A stretch of 64,000 nucleotides of DNA from Planctomycetota bacterium (GCA_016190145.1 JACPRD010000130.1:6528-70527); one strand, 5' to 3'; shown: positions 8,540 to 15,828, numbered from the stretch's first letter. Made by a program: numbers and translations. Notes: generated by a model from the letters alone, not told the origin.

Positions 8540-10632
8540 TCCTGGAATTCTCTCGCCCGATCCGCGCTCCCGCAGAACTCCTCCGCTCCGCACACCTTCG
8601 CGCATCCCTCCGACGCCACGCCGTCCAGGAACTCCACGAAGTCCAGCTCGCGGTCCTCGCGCCCCCGCTCGCGCGCGAACTTGCGGACGATCTCGATCGC
8701 GGGAAGGGTGTCGCGGCCCATGACGTGCTGGAGCTGGAAGTGGAGGACGCCTTCGTAGGAGCGGTAGACGACCTCGGTGCAGACGAGCTTGTCGGCGCTG
8801 AAGAAATCGAACTCGTAGTCGTACGGCTTCCCGTGGTGCCCGAAGGCCTTGAGGATCGCCTGCGCCTTCTTCTCCTTCGACACGCGCGGGCGCAGGACGG
8901 CGACGTGGTCGGCGTGCATCGAGTGTTCGAGCGAGTTGAAGATGACTCCCTCGCTCACCGCCTCGATCACGTTGCACCGCTTTCCGTCCGGCGCCGGCCG
9001 CCGGAACTCCTCGAGCTTGGACTTGATGGCGGGATCGTCGGCAATCCCGAGCGCACGCAGGTCCTCTTCGGTGCCGACGTAAAGCGCGGCGTGCGGCCAG
9101 AAACCCGGGAGGAAGGCGTTCGAGAGGAAGAAACTCCGGCGCTCGAGCAGGATGTCGCCGGGTTCGAGCTTCGTCTTCAGCATGCCGATCTGCTCGTGGG
9201 AGATGAACGGCTTTCGCGTCACGATGCGCGTGTCGCCGATCCACTCCGACAGCTGCGACTGGATCGCGTAGACCGGCGAGTACGCGTCGTCCTTCACCCG
9301 GTCCACCATCCGCCGCAGCCAGTTGCGGTGCGTCTGGATGTCCAGCCCGCGCGCCGTCGCGATCCCCCGCTTCAGCCTCTCCTCGAACCAGTCCAGCTCC
9401 TCACGCGGCCACACCTCCTCCGCGCGCCACCCACCCAGGCGCTCCTCGAAGTAGGCGGCCATCTCTTCGAAGCGCTCGACGTTCCGGTCAGCGGAAATGC
9501 CGGCGGCGATCCGGTCGAACATCCCGGCCGCGATGCCGAACGTCGGGTCGGGCTCGTTGAGCTTCCGCCGCCCCTCGCTCCAGTCCTGCCACGCCACCAC
9601 GACGCGCCCGCTCGACTCGCAGACGAGCGTCGCGGCGCCGAACGCCAGGAGGAAGCAGCGCGCGCGCAGGAGCGGGTCCTTGACCGCATCGAACCCGGCG
9701 TAGATCGCCAGGATGCGCAGGAGCGCCGACCGGCACGACAGGTACGTCATGTACGTCGCCTTGAGCTCGTCGTCCTCCTCGGGCAGCAGGACCTTCCGCT
9801 CGCGGCCGTTCACGGCGGCCTCGAGGCGGGTGCGAAGCGGCTGCATCCGCGCCGCGGAAGCCTCCGCGCCGTCCGCCGCCGCGCGCAGCCGCTTGTAGTC
9901 GGTCTCGACCTGCGCCCGGATCTCTTCGTCCGTCAGCCCGGCCAGCGCGGAAGGAAACGCCTCGTAGATCGCGTCCCCGAAACCCGTGATGCGGCCGACG
10001 TAGAGGCCGCCGAGGAACAGGAGCGCCTGCGAAGCGCCGAACGCGGAGTACCGGAGCCACGCGGGGAGTTTCGGGGGAAGGGCGTAGTTCGCGACGCGCC
10101 AGCGATGGAAGACGATGACGGTGCATCCGACCACGACGGCGGCCGCCACGGCGATCATCGCGACATACCACGTCGGCGGGTCGGAGAGGATGTCTTTTCG
10201 CGCCACGAGCGCGATCCACAGGAGCCCGTGCACCACGATCGAAACCGCCGTGACGCGCCCCAGCCGCGTCTTCCACTCGATCCCCAGCAGCCTGAGCGCC
10301 CGCAGGTGCGCGGCCGCGAGCGACGGCACCGCCGCCGCCCACCAGAGCCGCCAAAGGTCGGCCTCCTGCTTCGCGTCCGTCCAGACCAGCAGCACGAACG
10401 CGAACTGCGATGCCGCGACGAAGACCAGCCCCGCGGCGCCCATCCCGGGCCGCGGCGGCGGCGGCCGCAGATAAATGGTCGTGATCCACGCCCCGATCGC
10501 CAGCGCGACCGCCGTAAGCATCGACTGCGCGAGCCCCGCCGTGAACGCCTTGCCGAGCACGCCGTACGCGAACATCACCGCCGCGACGGACGTGAGGAGC
10601 CAGGCCACGCGCGAGACGAGCTTGAGCGCCAT
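8536..10632 (-). CDS. polytopic membrane protein with C-terminal YiiX-like permuted papain-fold (NlpC/P60 superfamily) domain
   Basis: 698-aa ORF. N-terminal hydrophobic helices. C-terminus GDILLERRSFFLSNAFLPGFWPHAALYVG ... KLVCTEVVYRSYEG has His before Cys, as in permuted papain-like enzymes. Confidence 0.6.
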   Translation of the reverse strand: MALKLVSRVAWLLTSVAAVMFAYGVLGKAFTAGLAQSMLTAVALAIGAWITTIYLRPPPPRPGMGAAGLVFVAASQFAFVLLVWTDAKQEADLWRLWWAAAVPSLAAAHLRALRLLGIEWKTRLGRVTAVSIVVHGLLWIALVARKDILSDPPTWYVAMIAVAAAVVVGCTVIVFHRWRVANYALPPKLPAWLRYSAFGASQALLFLGGLYVGRITGFGDAIYEAFPSALAGLTDEEIRAQVETDYKRLRAAADGAEASAARMQPLRTRLEAAVNGRERKVLLPEEDDELKATYMTYLSCRSALLRILAIYAGFDAVKDPLLRARCFLLAFGAATLVCESSGRVVVAWQDWSEGRRKLNEPDPTFGIAAGMFDRIAAGISADRNVERFEEMAAYFEERLGGWRAEEVWPREELDWFEERLKRGIATARGLDIQTHRNWLRRMVDRVKDDAYSPVYAIQSQLSEWIGDTRIVTRKPFISHEQIGMLKTKLEPGDILLERRSFFLSNAFLPGFWPHAALYVGTEEDLRALGIADDPAIKSKLEEFRRPAPDGKRCNVIEAVSEGVIFNSLEHSMHADHVAVLRPRVSKEKKAQAILKAFGHHGKPYDYEFDFFSADKLVCTEVVYRSYEGVLHFQLQHVMGRDTLPAIEIVRKFARERGREDRELDFVEFLDGVASEGCAKVCGAEEFCGSADRAREFQE

Positions 10633-10641
10633 GGGCGCCGA

Positions 10642-11058
10642 TCATAGCAGGTGGTGTACGACGAGGCTCCCGTAGACCGCCGTCTGGAAACTGAACAACG
10701 CGACCAAGAGCACGTGCCCGACCGCGACCGCGCGCCCCGGTGGCCAGTCCGCATGGCTGAAATAGAAGACGTCGACCCCGAGCCGCGCCGCCCAGAAGAC
10801 GGCGATGAACGCCGCGATCGCCACCGCCGCGCGGTCGCCCCGCAGCATCTCCTCCCGCAGCCCCAGCGTCATCACACCGAACGCCACGATCGTGAGCACC
10901 GTAAACGCCCCGTACACCCACATCAGCTTGCGGTTCAGCGGACGCAGCCGCGGCAACTCCTCCGCCCACCCCAGCCGCGACGGCACCTGGAAGGAAGCGG
11001 CAAGCACGAGAAAATGGCCGAGCCCGGCGAGGAGCAGAAGGGTGCGGAAGGTGAGCAT
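10642..11058 (-). CDS. small integral membrane protein, unknown function
   Basis: 138-aa ORF with four hydrophobic segments and high GC3. Confidence 0.5.
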   Translation of the reverse strand: MLTFRTLLLLAGLGHFLVLAASFQVPSRLGWAEELPRLRPLNRKLMWVYGAFTVLTIVAFGVMTLGLREEMLRGDRAAVAIAAFIAVFWAARLGVDVFYFSHADWPPGRAVAVGHVLLVALFSFQTAVYGSLVVHHLL

Positions 11059-11207
11059 GGCTCCCTCCTAAGCGGGTCCGGGGAAGTCCATGCGGATCCG
11101 CGAAAACGTCTTGTGGACCCGCTTACCCCGAGCGAGCGAAGCGAGTCGAGGGGTAGGCCGGCCCGGCGACAAGCCCCACTCCGAAGGAATTTCCCCGATC
11201 CGTTTGG

Positions 11208-12473
11208 CTAAAGCGCCCCCAGGACCCTCAGCATCGGTGTGACCACGTTCTCCACGAACGGCGGATGGAACAGGATCGGCGCGGGAAGCGCGACGAGCGC
11301 CCACGCGAACGCCCGCCCCGAAAGCCCGCGGTCCAGCCCGAGCCGCTTCCCCACCGCGGACTTCTCCAGCGCCACGCCGAGCCCCTGCGCGACGAAGTAC
11401 AGCGTGGGCAGCCCCCAGCCCGCGCGGGCGGGAAGCGAGACGACGAGTTCATGGATGAGGCCGGACGCCAGGAACACGAGGAGCATCGGTGCCGCCGGCC
11501 CGAGGCGCCTCAGAGGCCGCACCACGAGATCGCGCGCAAGGTCGCTGAACGCGAGGTTCCACCGGCCGCGCCAGAAATCGGCGGGCGACGCGGCGAGGAG
11601 CGGCGCGTTCATGAGCGGGCGTGCGTCGGCGCCGCGCGCGCGCCAGCCGCACGAGAGAGCGTGGAAGAGGCCGCAATGAAGGGCGAGAATGATCCCGGCC
11701 ATCGCGGTCCACGGCGCAGCCGGGCCGGGAAGATGCCGTGCGACGCCCCAGAGGAGCGCGGCGCCGAGCATGATCTTGAGCGCCGCCGCGCCCCACTCGC
11801 CCGCGCCGGGCCGCGCGGGCGCGGGCGCGCGCAGGAATCGCGCGGCGTCCATCCCGGGCCAGAGGAAGAGGTACGCCAGCGACCGCCCGAGCGGCGCGCG
11901 CGGCACGCGCCACCACGTGAGCCACTTGAACCCCGCGAAGAACGCGCCCGCCACCGCTGCCATCACGATCCACCCGGGGGCGCGCAGCGTCGCCGCCACC
12001 GCCGCGGCCGGAAGCACGGCCAGCGGGATCCAGCCCGGCGCCGCGGGCGGCGCATGTTCGACCCCGCATTCGCCTCCAAGACAGTGCCGCCGGGCCGAGA
12101 ACCACCCATACGCCGCGCCCAGCATCCGCGCGACGACCGGCACCCGCGACGCGAGCCACAGCGGCCACGCCCACCAGATCCCGCGCGCAATCTCCGACAC
12201 GGCCTCCGCCCCGCCGAACGCGCGCCCGCCGCCGGCCAGGAAGGCCATTTCGGAAGGGGGTTCGCCGGGGCGCAGGCCGAGCCGGCGCCGGACCCAGGGG
12301 ACCTGGATCGGCTCGAACAGGTAGCCGTAGTTGCACAGAAGGGGCGCGAAGCGGCCCGCGATGCCCCGGCAGGCGCGGCAATCCGCGTCGTAGCAGATCC
12401 AGCCGGCGAACGGCCGGGGATCGGCCTCGGGGTCGCTGTAGAACCAGGCGCTTCGGGCTCTCGTTGCGTTCAT
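11208..12473 (-). CDS. DCC1-like thiol-disulfide oxidoreductase (DUF393) fused to MBOAT_2/wax-synthase-like membrane acyltransferase
   Basis: ORF 11208..13508 trimmed to ATG 12473 (MNATRARSAWFYSD...). N-terminus WICYDADCRACRG (CxxC). C-terminal multi-TM region with FWRGRWNLAFSD and GLIHE motifs. Confidence 0.6.
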   Translation of the reverse strand: MNATRARSAWFYSDPEADPRPFAGWICYDADCRACRGIAGRFAPLLCNYGYLFEPIQVPWVRRRLGLRPGEPPSEMAFLAGGGRAFGGAEAVSEIARGIWWAWPLWLASRVPVVARMLGAAYGWFSARRHCLGGECGVEHAPPAAPGWIPLAVLPAAAVAATLRAPGWIVMAAVAGAFFAGFKWLTWWRVPRAPLGRSLAYLFLWPGMDAARFLRAPAPARPGAGEWGAAALKIMLGAALLWGVARHLPGPAAPWTAMAGIILALHCGLFHALSCGWRARGADARPLMNAPLLAASPADFWRGRWNLAFSDLARDLVVRPLRRLGPAAPMLLVFLASGLIHELVVSLPARAGWGLPTLYFVAQGLGVALEKSAVGKRLGLDRGLSGRAFAWALVALPAPILFHPPFVENVVTPMLRVLGAL

Positions 12474-12523
12474 GACCGTTCTTTCTGTAAAAGAAGAAAT
12501 CCCCTTCGAAAAAAAGGGGCGAC

Positions 12524-13045
12524 CTACGCCCCCCCCAGCAGCTTCTGCAGCTTTCCCCCGTACTTCACCACCCGCTTCATCGCCGCCGGCGACATCCTCA
12601 TGTACTCCTCGTGCGCCAGCGTCGCCGTCTCGAAGAATTCCAGCATGTCCCCCAGCCGCTTCTGCACCTCGAGCTCCGATCCCTTCCCCGCCTGCGCCAC
12701 CGCTTCCCGCAAGAGCTCCACCGTCGGGTCGATCTCGCGCCGCTTGCGCTCGTTCAGGACGACTTTGAACATGGCCCAGACGTCGCGGAAAGTCTCGAAA
12801 TGATCGCGGCGGTCGCCGAGGACGTGGACGACCTTCGCGAGGCCCCAGGCCTGGAGTTCGCGGAGAGACGTGGAGACGTTGGAGCGGGCGACGGAGAGGG
12901 TCGCGGCGATTTCCTCGGCGGCGAGGGGTTTGGAGGAGATGAAGAGGAGGGCGTGGATCTGGGCGACGGTGCGGTTGATGCCCCAGCGGGTGCCCATTTC
13001 GCCCCAGTGGAGGACGAACTTCTGCGTGGTGGGTGTGAGGTTCAT
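12524..13045 (-). CDS. GbsR/MarR-family winged-helix transcriptional regulator
   Basis: 173-aa ORF: FVLHWGEMGTRWGINRTVAQIHALLFISSKPLAAEEIAATLSVARSNVSTSLRELQAWGL. Divergent from the tRNA array. Confidence 0.75.
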   Translation of the reverse strand: MNLTPTTQKFVLHWGEMGTRWGINRTVAQIHALLFISSKPLAAEEIAATLSVARSNVSTSLRELQAWGLAKVVHVLGDRRDHFETFRDVWAMFKVVLNERKRREIDPTVELLREAVAQAGKGSELEVQKRLGDMLEFFETATLAHEEYMRMSPAAMKRVVKYGGKLQKLLGGA

Positions 13046-13061
13046 GATCCGCCTTCTGTTG

Positions 13062-13079
13062 TTTCTGTCTGTACAGAAA
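13062..13079. promoter_or_regulatory. palindrome TTTCTGT-N4-ACAGAAA next to an AT-rich patch (candidate GbsR operator / divergent promoter)
   Basis: 7-bp inverted arms at 13062-13068 and 13073-13079, 17 nt upstream of the regulator ATG. Direct TTCTGT copy at 13054-13059. ATATATGACA follows. Confidence 0.3.
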
Positions 13080-13469
13080 TATATGACACAATCCCGCCCC
13101 TGTCAAGCTCCCGCCTGGTCCCACGGATTCCCCCGAACCTTTCCACCCCCGCCCGCGATGAACTCTCTGTCGCCCGGCGCCACGGGACCGTAGGTCAACA
13201 GGAGATCGCCCGGCTGTGGCCCAGGAGACGTCGGTGCAACCCCGACCGGTCCCTTGAAAGGACGGCGCATGCCAGACGACGGAAGTGCGAATCGCCCCGA
13301 AGCGATCCCGCACCAACGATTGTCCAGACGCAGGTCCCGAAACCCGCTCGTTTGCGGGTCGAGAGGCTCTTTGACATCCGGCGGACTTTCCCAGGGCCGG
13401 CCCCCGGCCCCCATTCTCTCCCCTTCTCTCGGGGCCGGGGACCGGTCCGATTCTCTCTCTTCCCTCGCC

Positions 13470-13542
13470 TGGGGTGTCGTCTAACGGCTGAGGACGGCGG
13501 CCTCTCACGCTGCAGATGCAGGTTCAACTCCTGTCACCCCGA
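13470..13542 (+). tRNA. tRNA-Glu(CUC)
   Basis: Manual cloverleaf. Acceptor TGGGGTG/CACCCCG; D GTCT/GGAC; AC GCGGC-CTCTCAC-GCTGC (anticodon 13504-13506); T GCAGG-TTCAACT-CCTGT. No CCA. Confidence 0.8.
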
Positions 13543-13652
13543 TTCGGGAAGCGGAACGGAGGCCCGCGCTGCGGCGCCGGAGCGATGTCCCGGTATTCCC
13601 GAGGCAGTCCACCGGCGCCTCCGCGCGGGCCCCACGTTCCGCTTCCCGAATC
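13541..13652 (+). repeat. inter-tRNA GC-rich extended hairpin element H1
   Basis: 18-bp basal stem GATTCGGGAAGCGGAACG / CGTTCCGCTTCCCGAATC. Inner stems GGCCCGCGC/GCGCGGGCC and GGCGCCGG/CCGGCGCC. First nt is nt 72 of tRNA-Glu. Confidence 0.75.
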
Positions 13653-13671
13653 GGCGTAAAAAGAAAAGCAC

Positions 13672-13744
13672 GTCCTGGTAGCTCAACCAGAAGAGCGCCA
13701 GTCTCCGAAGCTGGAGGGTGCAGGCGCGAATCCTGCCCAGGACA
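13672..13744 (+). tRNA. tRNA-Arg(CCG), atypical T and D loops
   Basis: Acceptor GTCCTGG/CCAGGAC; AC CCAGT-CTCCGAA-GCTGG (anticodon 13705-13707); T GCAGG-CGCGAAT-CCTGC (C54 G55). D loop AACCAGAA lacks GG. Confidence 0.65.
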
Positions 13745-13748
13745 TCTC

Positions 13749-13819
13749 TGCGGGATGGATCAGGAGTTGATCGGCGGTCTCATAAGCCGCAAAGGAGGGT
13801 GCAAGTCCCTCTCCCGCTA
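13749..13819 (+). tRNA. tRNA-Met(CAU), initiator-like
   Basis: Acceptor TGCGGGA/TCCCGCT with a 1:72 U.U mismatch; D stem GATC/GATC (A11:U24); AC GCGGT-CTCATAA-GCCGC (anticodon 13781-13783); T GAGGG-TGCAAGT-CCCTC (G55); A73. Confidence 0.65.
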
Positions 13820-13822
13820 TCT

Positions 13823-13919
13823 TCAATTCGGGAGTCGTGAGACGCGCGCTGGACGCGAGAGGCGCGCGCAAGGTGCGCGCCTCGAGCGGCCGGCGCACGG
13901 CTCGCGACTCCCGAATTGA
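13823..13919 (+). repeat. inter-tRNA GC-rich extended hairpin element H2
   Basis: Basal stem TCAATTCGGGAGTCG / CGACTCCCGAATTGA. Inner hairpin GAGGCGCGC-GCAAGGT-GCGCGCCTC. Ends 1 nt before tRNA-Cys. Confidence 0.75.
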
Positions 13920-13920
13920 G

Positions 13921-13994
13921 GCGCGTGTGCCCGAGTGGTCGAAGGGTCCGGTTTGCAAAATCGGAATCCGCTGGTTCGAATCCAGCCGCGCGCT
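13921..13994 (+). tRNA. tRNA-Cys(GCA)
   Basis: Acceptor GCGCGTG/CGCGCGC; AC CCGGT-TTGCAAA-ATCGG (anticodon 13955-13957); T GCTGG-TTCGAAT-CCAGC. Confidence 0.85.
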
Positions 13995-14002
13995 TTCTCG
14001 CA

Positions 14003-14074
14003 CGGGCTGTAGCGCAGGGGAAGCGCGCTTCGTTGGGGTCGAAGAGGTCGGAAGTTCGAACCTTCCCAGCCCGA
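14003..14074 (+). tRNA. tRNA-Pro(GGG)
   Basis: Acceptor CGGGCTG/CAGCCCG (C1:G72); D GCGC/GCGC; AC CTTCG-TTGGGGT-CGAAG (anticodon 14035-14037); T GGAAG-TTCGAAC-CTTCC. Confidence 0.85.
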
Positions 14075-14080
14075 TATTTC

Positions 14081-14154
14081 GGGGGCGTCGTCTAGGGGCT
14101 CAGGACACCGCCCTGTCACGGCGGAGACCACGGGTTCAAATCCCGTCGCCCTCG
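14081..14154 (+). tRNA. tRNA-Asp(GUC)
   Basis: Acceptor GGGGGCG/CGCCCTC; D GTCT/GGAC; AC CCGCC-CTGTCAC-GGCGG (anticodon 14115-14117); T ACGGG-TTCAAAT-CCCGT. Confidence 0.85.
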
Positions 14155-14156
14155 TT

Positions 14157-14257
14157 TCGATGCGCGCAGCGCTCCGCAGAGGCGGCGGTCGCACGTCGGC
14201 CCGGCTGCGCCGGGCCTCGCGCGACCGCTCGCCCCTGCTACGCGCCGCGCGCATCGA
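14157..14257 (+). repeat. inter-tRNA GC-rich extended hairpin element H3 (same subfamily as H8)
   Basis: Basal stem TCGATGCGCGC / GCGCGCATCGA. Apical hairpin GGCCCGGC-TGC-GCCGGGCC. Shares the CGCTCGCCCCTGCT segment with H8. Starts 3 nt after tRNA-Asp. Confidence 0.75.
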
Positions 14258-14278
14258 CGGAACGGCAAGGAAATGCAA

Positions 14279-14351
14279 AGGGGTGTGGGCTAACCGGTAA
14301 GTCACCTCCCTGTTAAGGAGGTTGATCCAGGTTCGAATCCTGGTGCCCCTG
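14279..14351 (+). tRNA. tRNA-Asn(GUU)
   Basis: Acceptor AGGGGTG/TGCCCCT; AC CCTCC-CTGTTAA-GGAGG (anticodon 14312-14314); T CCAGG-TTCGAAT-CCTGG. Confidence 0.8.
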
Positions 14352-14363
14352 TTCGTTTTCGAA

Positions 14364-14453
14364 GGGATTCGCGCGGGTCCAGGACTGCCTGTGCCTTCGT
14401 TGAGCCAAGTTGGACCGTGACCCTGACGGGCGACGCACGGCCCGCCGAATCCC
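14364..14453 (+). repeat. degenerate inter-tRNA hairpin element H3b
   Basis: Basal stem GGGATTCG(C)GCGGG / CCCGC(C)GAATCCC with one bulge on each strand. Interior pairs only partially (GGTCC...GGACC). Confidence 0.45.
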
Positions 14454-14465
14454 CACGCAAACCAC

Positions 14466-14556
14466 GGATGGTTGGCAGAGCCCGGCTTAATGCGCCTGTC
14501 TCGAAAACAGGAGCTCCTGAAACACGGAGCCGGAGGTTCGAATCCTCCACCATCCT
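14466..14556 (+). tRNA. tRNA-Ser(CGA), class II
   Basis: Acceptor GGATGGT/ACCATCC; AC CCTGT-CTCGAAA-ACAGG (anticodon 14502-14504); long variable arm GCTCC...GGAGC; T GGAGG-TTCGAAT-CCTCC. Confidence 0.85.
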
Positions 14557-14560
14557 TCCA

Positions 14561-14649
14561 GGGGAGATGGCCGAGCGGTTGAAGGCACCGCGGTGCTAAC
14601 GCGGCGGGCCCCCTCGGGGGCCCCGAAGGTTCGAATCCTTCTCTTCCCG
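14561..14649 (+). tRNA. tRNA-Ser(GCU), class II
   Basis: Acceptor GGGGAGA/TCTTCCC; AC CCGCG-GTGCTAA-CGCGG (anticodon 14595-14597); long variable arm GGGCCCCC-TC-GGGGGCCC; T GAAGG-TTCGAAT-CCTTC. Confidence 0.85.
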
Positions 14650-14660
14650 TCCAATCTCCC

Positions 14661-14732
14661 GGGGGCGTGGCCGACCGGCAAGGCACCTGCCCGGCAGGCA
14701 GGACCACGAGGGTTCAAGTCCCTCCGCTTCCA
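14661..14732 (+). tRNA. tRNA-Ala(GGC) with C33
   Basis: Acceptor GGGGGCG/CGCTTCC including G3:U70; AC CCTGC-CCGGCAG-GCAGG (anticodon 14693-14695, position 33 = C); T GAGGG-TTCAAGT-CCCTC. Confidence 0.7.
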
Positions 14733-14744
14733 TCCGCTCGACAA

Positions 14745-14816
14745 GGGGGTGTGGCCTAACGGCAAGGCACCTGCGTCGCAAGCAGGAGTATGAGGGTTCA
14801 AATCCCTCCACTTCCA
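14745..14816 (+). tRNA. tRNA-Ala(CGC)
   Basis: Acceptor GGGGGTG/CACTTCC including G3:U70; AC CCTGC-GTCGCAA-GCAGG (anticodon 14777-14779); T GAGGG-TTCAAAT-CCCTC. Confidence 0.8.
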
Positions 14817-14821
14817 TCCGA

Positions 14822-14892
14822 AGGGGCGTCGTTCAGCAGGAGGACCCCGGTTTCCAAGTCCGGTGACGAGGGTGCAATTCCTTCCGCCCCTG
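14822..14892 (+). tRNA. tRNA-Trp(CCA), atypical T loop
   Basis: Acceptor AGGGGCG/CGCCCCT; AC CCGGT-TTCCAAG-TCCGG (31:39 U.U; anticodon 14854-14856); T GAGGG-TGCAATT-CCTTC (G55). Confidence 0.65.
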
Positions 14893-14911
14893 TTGTCAGC
14901 CCGCCGTTCCT

Positions 14912-15013
14912 CCAATTCGAGGCTTGCGGAGAGGGACGGCACGAGCGCGCCCCCGAGCGCGCAGCACGAGGGGCGTGCGCGAGCGCCGGGCCTCGCAGCG
15001 AGTTTCGAATTGG
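14912..15013 (+). repeat. inter-tRNA GC-rich extended hairpin element H4 (same subfamily as H5)
   Basis: Basal stem CCAATTCGA / TCGAATTGG, extended by G.U-rich pairing. 50-nt core at 14938-14987 is 49/50 identical to 15446-15495. Last nt is nt 1 of tRNA-Glu(UUC). Confidence 0.75.
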
Positions 15014-15083
15014 GGCGCGTCGGCTAGTGGAAGGCCCCCAGGCTTTCATCCTGACAGCGCGGGTTCGATTCCCGCCGCGCCTA
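15013..15083 (+). tRNA. tRNA-Glu(UUC)
   Basis: Acceptor GGGCGCG/CGCGCCT; AC CCAGG-CTTTCAT-CCTGA (27:43 C.A; anticodon 15045-15047); T GCGGG-TTCGATT-CCCGC. Confidence 0.8.
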
Positions 15084-15090
15084 TCTGTGA

Positions 15091-15163
15091 AGGAGCGTCG
15101 CTTAGTGGTTGAGCACCGGTTTCTTAAACCGGACGAGGAAGGGTTCGAATCCCTCCGCTCCTA
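15091..15163 (+). tRNA. tRNA-Lys(CUU)
   Basis: Acceptor AGGAGCG/CGCTCCT; AC CCGGT-TTCTTAA-ACCGG (anticodon 15123-15125); T AAGGG-TTCGAAT-CCCTC with a 49:65 A.C mismatch or a bulged A. Confidence 0.75.
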
Positions 15164-15167
15164 TCCC

Positions 15168-15239
15168 GGGGTTGTAGCTCAAAGGCCGAGCACCTGTTTT
15201 TTAAGCAGAGAGATGTGGGTTCGATCCCCACCGGCCCCA
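15168..15239 (+). tRNA. tRNA-Lys(UUU)
   Basis: Acceptor GGGGTTG/CGGCCCC; D GCTC/GAGC; AC CCTGT-TTTTTAA-GCAGA (anticodon 15200-15202); T GTGGG-TTCGATC-CCCAC. Confidence 0.8.
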
Positions 15240-15250
15240 TTCGGTCCAAG

Positions 15251-15322
15251 AGGGGAGTCAGGTAACTGGTAACCACCGAGTCCCTGAAACTCGCCATGCT
15301 GGTTCGAATCCAGCCTCCCCTA
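15251..15322 (+). tRNA. tRNA-Gln(CUG) with C33
   Basis: Acceptor AGGGGAG/CTCCCCT; AC CGAGT-CCCTGAA-ACTCG (anticodon 15284-15286, position 33 = C); T GCTGG-TTCGAAT-CCAGC. Confidence 0.7.
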
Positions 15323-15332
15323 TGAAAAACGC

Positions 15333-15403
15333 GGGCACGTAGGCTAACGGCAGGCCACCAGGTTCTCAGCCTGACAGCGAGGGTTCGATTCCCTCCGTGC
15401 CTA
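15333..15403 (+). tRNA. tRNA-Glu(CUC), paralog of the tRNA at 15013
   Basis: Acceptor GGGCACG/CGTGCCT; AC CCAGG-TTCTCAG-CCTGA (anticodon 15365-15367); T GAGGG-TTCGATT-CCCTC. Confidence 0.8.
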
Positions 15404-15419
15404 TCTGAAAGCCCTTCCT

Positions 15420-15521
15420 CTCGATTCGAGGAGCGGGAGGTGAAGGGCACGAGCGCGCCCCCGAGCGCGCAGCGCGAGGGGCGTGCGCGAGCGCCCTTCA
15501 CCGGACGCTCCTCGAATCGAG
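15420..15521 (+). repeat. inter-tRNA GC-rich extended hairpin element H5 (same subfamily as H4)
   Basis: 16-bp basal stem CTCGATTCGAGGAGCG / CGCTCCTCGAATCGAG. Inner stem GGTGAAGG/CCTTCACC encloses the conserved 50-nt core at 15446-15495. Last nt is nt 1 of tRNA-Phe. Confidence 0.8.
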
Positions 15522-15593
15522 GTGAAGTAGCTTAGACGGTCTGAGCGCCTGGTTGAAAACCAGGAGGCGGAGGTTCGATACCTCCCTTCACCA
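15521..15593 (+). tRNA. tRNA-Phe(GAA)
   Basis: Acceptor GGTGAAG/CTTCACC; AC CCTGG-TTGAAAA-CCAGG (anticodon 15555-15557); T GGAGG-TTCGATA-CCTCC. Confidence 0.85.
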
Positions 15594-15597
15594 TTGC

Positions 15598-15670
15598 GCG
15601 GGCGTCGTCCAACGGACCAGGACCCGAGACTACGAATCTCGAGATGAGGGTTCGATTCCTTCCGCCCGTA
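15598..15670 (+). tRNA. tRNA-Arg(ACG)
   Basis: Acceptor GCGGGCG/CGCCCGT; D GTCC/GGAC; AC CGAGA-CTACGAA-TCTCG (anticodon 15632-15634); T GAGGG-TTCGATT-CCTTC. Confidence 0.85.
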
Positions 15671-15673
15671 TCG

Positions 15674-15745
15674 CGGGGCGTGGCCGAGAAGAGAGGCTCC
15701 CGTTTCCTAAACGGGACCACGCAGGTGCGACTCCTGCCGTCCCGA
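15674..15745 (+). tRNA. tRNA-Arg(CCU), atypical T and D loops
   Basis: Acceptor CGGGGCG/CGTCCCG; AC CCCGT-TTCCTAA-ACGGG (anticodon 15706-15708); T GCAGG-TGCGACT-CCTGC (G55). D loop GAGAAGAGA has no GG. Confidence 0.65.
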
Positions 15746-15749
15746 CTTG

Positions 15750-15820
15750 GCTCCCGTCGTCCAGCGGAAGGGCCCCCGTCCTCTAAACGGGCGACGCAGG
15801 TTCGACCCCTGCCGGGAGCG
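15750..15820 (+). tRNA. tRNA-Arg(UCU) with C33
   Basis: Acceptor GCTCCCG/CGGGAGC; AC CCCGT-CCTCTAA-ACGGG (anticodon 15782-15784, position 33 = C); T GCAGG-TTCGACC-CCTGC. Confidence 0.7.
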
Positions 15821-15828
15821 TCATCCAA

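Noticed and set aside
8540-9244. Upstream 235 codons of ORF 8219..9244 as part of the HD-family gene
   Set aside because: This part is an Arg-rich alternative frame of the YiiX-like gene, with no similarity to the HD N-terminal half.
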